From positions 32,001 to 96,000 of the forward strand of contig CAWCMR010000026.1 in assembly GCA_963796685.1 (NCBI GenBank): a DNA stretch of 64,000 nucleotides. The letters are read 5' to 3'. Positions 59,941-64,000 of this stretch are shown piece after piece. How positions within the stretch are numbered: the stretch's first letter is position 1; every line of letters begins with the position of its first letter. Under the pieces are notes generated by a model that had not been told where the DNA came from, made no database searches, and was given only the letters and a program-made list of their open reading frames with translations. The translations under genes and the position numbers were made by a program. The stretch is from an uncultured delta proteobacterium (GTDB lineage: Bacteria; Myxococcota_A; Polyangia; Fen-1088).

Positions 59941-60699
59941 TCAAGCCGGCTTGATTCCGCGAACCATCTCGCGAAAGCAGCGCAAGGTGAGCCCACCATC
60001 CGGCCGTGGAGTGGGCGCGAAGCCTCTCGCGGTTCCGGAAAGCAGCATGGCCCGAACCTCTGGCTTGCTCTTACTTGGCGTCCCGCGGTCGAACCACTCG
60101 TCGAAGTCCAGCTCGAACTCCTCCTCGCGCAACGCAAGCTGCACCAGCCCTGCCTCGGCAAGCAAATCGGCGAGCCTGCCCGGCGTGGGATTGGCCGCGT
60201 GGGTTCGGTCGCGTGCCCGTTCGATGGCCTGGTGCCAGGCCGCCGCTTCGGGCATGGGATTGGTCGTGTGGTCGTAGACCACGACCACCCCGCCAGTGCG
60301 TACATGGGCCAGCTGCGCGCGAACGAGAAGGAGAGGATCGGGTGCGTGGTGTGCGACGAATCGCGACACAGCCGCATCGAAACCCTGTCGTCTCGAGTCG
60401 TGCACGGAGCCCTGCTCGAAGGTCGCTCGCTGGCCAAACCGCGCGCAACGCTCGCGTGCTCGGAGCACCATCTGTTCCGACAGATCGACCCCGACCACCG
60501 AATGCCCCTCGGTCAAGAACGCCTCCGCGACCAAGCCCGGACCGCAGCCCACGTCGAAGACCCGCGAGCATGGCGCAAGGTCAGTGAAATGCACCAAGCG
60601 CGCAAGCGCCGCGGGATCGGATTGCACGGGGGCCTTCTCGAACTTGGATGCCTGGCCATCGAAGGCCAAGGCCAGCTCCTTTTCCTGTGCTTCGGACAT
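59941..60699 (-). CDS. Class I SAM-dependent methyltransferase
   Basis: VFDVGCGPG, GVDLS..M, FDA.VSRF..HH..DP, E..RD.TH. Confidence 0.9.
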   Translation of the reverse strand: MSEAQEKELALAFDGQASKFEKAPVQSDPAALARLVHFTDLAPCSRVFDVGCGPGLVAEAFLTEGHSVVGVDLSEQMVLRARERCARFGQRATFEQGSVHDSRRQGFDAAVSRFVAHHAPDPLLLVRAQLAHVRTGGVVVVYDHTTNPMPEAAAWHQAIERARDRTHAANPTPGRLADLLAEAGLVQLALREEEFELDFDEWFDRGTPSKSKPEVRAMLLSGTARGFAPTPRPDGGLTLRCFREMVRGIKPA

Positions 60700-60898
60700 G
60701 GCGAGCTCAATTCTAGCAGCACCCGTCCAGAAGGCGTGGAAAGGGGCGCTCCCTGCGAGGACTTCGGAGCCCATGGGTGTCGCAGCGAGGCGAAAGGCCG
60801 CATGATTGCGGAATCTGCGGCTGCGAATCCGGCGCTTCTGCGGCTGGATGGCATCGTGTCGCGGAGACATACTCAACCACTTGAATGGAGGCCAAACC

Positions 60899-61716
60899 AT
60901 GATGCGAAACTTTGTTCTCGTCGCTGCGTTCTCGTTGCTCGCGCTGCCGCTATCCGCGCATGCCCAGGATGCTTGCAAAGCTGACGCGGAAAGGCTGTGT
61001 CCATCGTTTGTTGGGGCTACAACGGCAGCGGTCAGGCCACGCCTCCTGCAGGCACGTTCCTTTCCGTCAGCGCCGGCAACGATCACGCCTGCGGCCTGCG
61101 GACCGATGGCGTCGTCGTCTGCTGGGGCGAGAATGGATACGGCCAGCTGACGTCGCCTGGGGGCACATTCGTTTCCGTCAGCGCGGCTTACGAGCACACC
61201 TGTGGCGTAAGAGGCGACGGCACGGTCGCCTGCTGGGGCTATGACCTTTCTGGCGAGTCGAAGCCCCCTGGGGGCACGTTCGCCTCTGTCAGCGCAGGTG
61301 ACGGCCATACCTGCGGTCTCAAGGGCGACGGCAGCATCGTCTGCTGGGGCAGCAACGATTCAGGCCAGATGACGTCTCCTGCGGGCACGTTCGTCTCTGT
61401 CAGCGCGGGCTCTCAGTACACTTGCGGTCTCAAGAACGACGGCACCGTCGCTTGCTGGGGCCGCAACGATTTGGGCCAAGCAACCGTCCCAGGGGACGCA
61501 TACACCTACGCCGCCGCCGCTTACGAGCACACGTGCGCCGTAAAGACCGGCGGCGCCGTTGCCTGCTGGGGATACGACTACTACGGACAAACGGCGGCGC
61601 CACCTGGCACTTTCACTTCGGTCACCGGAGGATATGGGCACACCTGCGGCCTCGAGACCGACGGGACCGTTGTCTGCTGGGGCGACAACAGTGACGGTCA
61701 GGCGACGCCGCCATAG
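60899..61716 (+). pseudogene. Chimeric/disrupted gene: signal peptide + Cys-rich start joined out of frame to RCC1-like repeats
   Basis: GGAGG-ATG 60899 MMRNFVL...AQDACKADAERLCP; a different frame from ~60997 gives about 6.5 repeats of CWG.N..GQ..PP.GTF.SVSAG..H.CG...DG. Confidence 0.65.
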
Positions 61717-61791
61717 CCCCTTGATGTCCGGAGATCCATCGCCGGAAGGACTGACGCCTGACGTCCGAGGTCGGGAGACTTCACACGGACG

Positions 61792-63513
61792 CTAGTAGTC
61801 GCAGCCAGGTAGCGGTTTATGGGTGGTCGGATCAATGAAGTATGTGCAGGGTTGGCACTGCACGGCGACCGTGGTGCCCGCGACAAGTGGACCCATGTTC
61901 ATTTCTGCTCGGGTCCGCACGACCTTGAGCAACTGTCCGTTGTACGTATTGGGACACTTCGTCGTGTCGGTTGTGAGCTGCCAGCAGTCCGCCAGAATGT
62001 TATCAGGGGTGGCACCCGACGGGCACTCCGGCATTCCGTTCGGGTTTTCCACGTAAGTCACGTTGGAGGGGTTCTGGGGATCGGTCACGGGCGTCCGATA
62101 GGCCACGCGACAGTCGGGCCGCCCGGTCGCAGGGTCCTTCCACACCTTGTAGCCCACGCACAGGTTCTGCTGCCTCGAGGCGATGGTGCCGCCGATGGTC
62201 TTCATCGAGCTCGCGAAGTCAGTCTCGCAGACGCTGAACTTCAAACCATTGTCGCCGAATTGGTCGATGAATTTGGACATACGGAGACCAGGCGTGGCGC
62301 CCCAACCGGCTGCGACCGGGTCGAAACCGGTGGCTTTGTCCGTGGTTGCAGTCGCTGGCTGATGGTTTGGATCGTAGCACACCGGCCAGGTATCCCAGAC
62401 CGTGGGATGAGCCGTGTCGGCGGCGTTCGGGTTGGGGACCAAGTCGACCTTGTACTGAGCCTGCGAAGGGTCGGTCCCGGCGAGCGGCCAGCCGAAGATA
62501 CCTGCCACGAGGAGCTGCGTCGAGTCGCTCTTGAGAGTCTTGATTTCGTTCGCCAAATCAACCACATCCTTCAGGGGGTTGCAGGCGGTTGGCGTCGATA
62601 CATCTTCCCCGCCCGTGCAGTCGTCGCTCACGCCGGAACGGGCTTCACAGGACGTCAAGGGCGCGGTGAATGGCGCGCTGGTCGGGTAGCCAGGCGGGGG
62701 GGCGGAGGTGTTTCCGCCATTACACGCGTAGGCTCGCGTGTAGCAGCGGAGACTCGCGGATTCACCGCGCAGCGAAGGGATGTCGCCGAACATGGCGTCG
62801 TTGGGGTAGGCCGAGCAGTCATCCTCGTCGCTCAGGAAAACCAAACCCAGGTAGGCATTGGGGCGTATCATGGCGTGCTGGGCATCGTTGACCGCGCCCA
62901 GGCCGCCGACTACGAGTGCGAGCTCGTAGGCCTGCAACTGGTGCTCTTCGCCGCACCCGAGAGTCCCCAGACCCGAGGCTAGACACTGCAACACGGTGCT
63001 GATGTCACCGGTGAAGTTCACCCCTGCTCCATGGGTGTATCCGAGATATGTGGCATCGGCGCTGGTCACGCCGCAACCGGTGGCGCCAATCATCTGGAAT
63101 CGACCAAAATCGCCGTATTTGGACACGGTTCCGTCGGGCAGCGTCTTGGGACCGCAAAGTCCGCTCGAATCATGACCGCCGGTGCCGAGATCGCTGTCGA
63201 TGATGGCGATGCGCAGGTCGGGCAGGGTGCCAGTGCTGGGATCTTTGAGCGCGTTCATCAGGACGGGAAACTGAGCGTTCAGCTTCGCTTGCTTGGACGC
63301 CATGGACGGCGAGTTGTCGATCATGAACACCAGGTCAAGCAGACGCTGGGGCGACACCGAAATGTAGGCATCGGTTGTCGGATGAACCGGCGGCACTGGC
63401 TGCGTAAGCGGCTGCGAGGTGCAGGCCCACCAGGCGAGTGGCAAGATAGGAACTGTGATCGCCCAGCGGAGGGTACTCTGGCCCAGAAGGCTGCGCTTCG
63501 AATTACGAATCAT
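61792..63513 (-). CDS. vWA-like (MIDAS) lipoprotein typical of myxobacteria
   Basis: WWAC lipobox-like, DLVFMIDNSPSM..KQ, DL.I.II.SDLG, LGT.GCG.E, R..A.L..VF.SDEDDCS. Confidence 0.85.
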   Translation of the reverse strand: MIRNSKRSLLGQSTLRWAITVPILPLAWWACTSQPLTQPVPPVHPTTDAYISVSPQRLLDLVFMIDNSPSMASKQAKLNAQFPVLMNALKDPSTGTLPDLRIAIIDSDLGTGGHDSSGLCGPKTLPDGTVSKYGDFGRFQMIGATGCGVTSADATYLGYTHGAGVNFTGDISTVLQCLASGLGTLGCGEEHQLQAYELALVVGGLGAVNDAQHAMIRPNAYLGLVFLSDEDDCSAYPNDAMFGDIPSLRGESASLRCYTRAYACNGGNTSAPPPGYPTSAPFTAPLTSCEARSGVSDDCTGGEDVSTPTACNPLKDVVDLANEIKTLKSDSTQLLVAGIFGWPLAGTDPSQAQYKVDLVPNPNAADTAHPTVWDTWPVCYDPNHQPATATTDKATGFDPVAAGWGATPGLRMSKFIDQFGDNGLKFSVCETDFASSMKTIGGTIASRQQNLCVGYKVWKDPATGRPDCRVAYRTPVTDPQNPSNVTYVENPNGMPECPSGATPDNILADCWQLTTDTTKCPNTYNGQLLKVVRTRAEMNMGPLVAGTTVAVQCQPCTYFIDPTTHKPLPGCDY

Positions 63514-63588
63514 GGGAGACCTCCTCGTAGAGCAGCCAAAATGCCGTCGTGTCGTATATCGCGGCTACCTTACAGAGACATGTAGGCG

Positions 63589-63604
63589 AGCAAGATGCAG
63601 GCCG
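63589..63604 (-). promoter_or_regulatory. Possible sigma54 promoter of the vWA lipoprotein gene
   Basis: Minus strand CGGCCTGCATCTTGCT with GG-N10-GC spacing. Confidence 0.4.
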
Positions 63605-63715
63605 AAGGAGATACCCCAAAAGTGTTGCACCGCTCGGTTCTGTCCGCTCTCGGCGCCAATTGAGTTGGCGTCATCAGCAACCAGATTGCGATGGAACGGT
63701 ACAGGAACGACTTGC

Positions 63716-64000
63716 TCAGCCGCCAAGGTGCACGGCTTGGCGCACCCACGTGTCGACCGTGGCGGCTTCGACCAGAAAGTCGGCGACGTCCGCGCGCGAA
63801 ATGGTGCTTGGCACTTTCTGGAGGCGCGGAGCTCTTGTGGATTGTTTACGAGCGGGGCCGTTGGTCAAGCGGGTGGGGCGGGCGATGACCCATTCGAGGC
63901 CACTTTCCATGACCAGCTTCTCTTGGCGTTCATGGTCGAGGAAGGGCGCCTTGAGCAGAAATCCGATGACCAGCTTGTCGAGGAAGAAGTTGGCAAGCTT
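63716..64000 (-). CDS. NAD(P)H-binding flavin reductase/SDR-like protein, C-terminal part
   Basis: DHERQEKLVMESGLEWVIARP.RLT.GP, ISRADVA.FL; start lies beyond the window. Confidence 0.85.
   Translation of the reverse strand, partial: KLANFFLDKLVIGFLLKAPFLDHERQEKLVMESGLEWVIARPTRLTNGPARKQSTRAPRLQKVPSTISRADVADFLVEAATVDTWVRQAVHLGG

Noticed and set aside
58850-61716. Diversity-generating retroelement acting on the RCC1 repeats
   Set aside because: No reverse transcriptase and no near-identical template/variable repeat pair differing only at adenines

Overview
GC-rich window that looks like Myxococcota (Polyangia-like): it has Gly-rich stalked lipoproteins, an ECF/FecR pair, a sigma54-type pilin promoter and a Myxococcus-type LexA box. 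In order, it holds: (1) a DNA-damage cluster (SOS-box-led DUF72 plus a Y-family polymerase-like gene, and an Ogt-AlkA fusion); (2) an ECF sigma/FecR pair with surface lipoproteins; (3) a ~16 kb uncharacterised envelope metallo-redox locus (9.3-25.3 kb) with three Tat-type DUF362 proteins, three DUF6599-like domains, two polyferredoxin membrane proteins, a ~1,390 aa propeller/beta-barrel protein, a WtpABC/ModABC-type oxyanion transporter and a PQQ-type propeller; (4) a type IV pilin, a J-domain-like protein, a pal-tolQRAB operon, a MotB-like protein and a CheB-CheR hybrid kinase; (5) an accessory/defence-like island (SNF2-SWIM-VF530, RHH/Fic module, SbcCD, ParA, Schlafen AlbA_2) and a run of gene fragments and repeat lipoproteins. 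Two MITE-like families with internal hairpins are present (three copies). Six genes each carry one extra base, most likely sequencing error. No rRNA, tRNA or CRISPR array was seen. Locus (3) is the best candidate for an undescribed system. All family calls come from motif recognition by eye, not from database searches.
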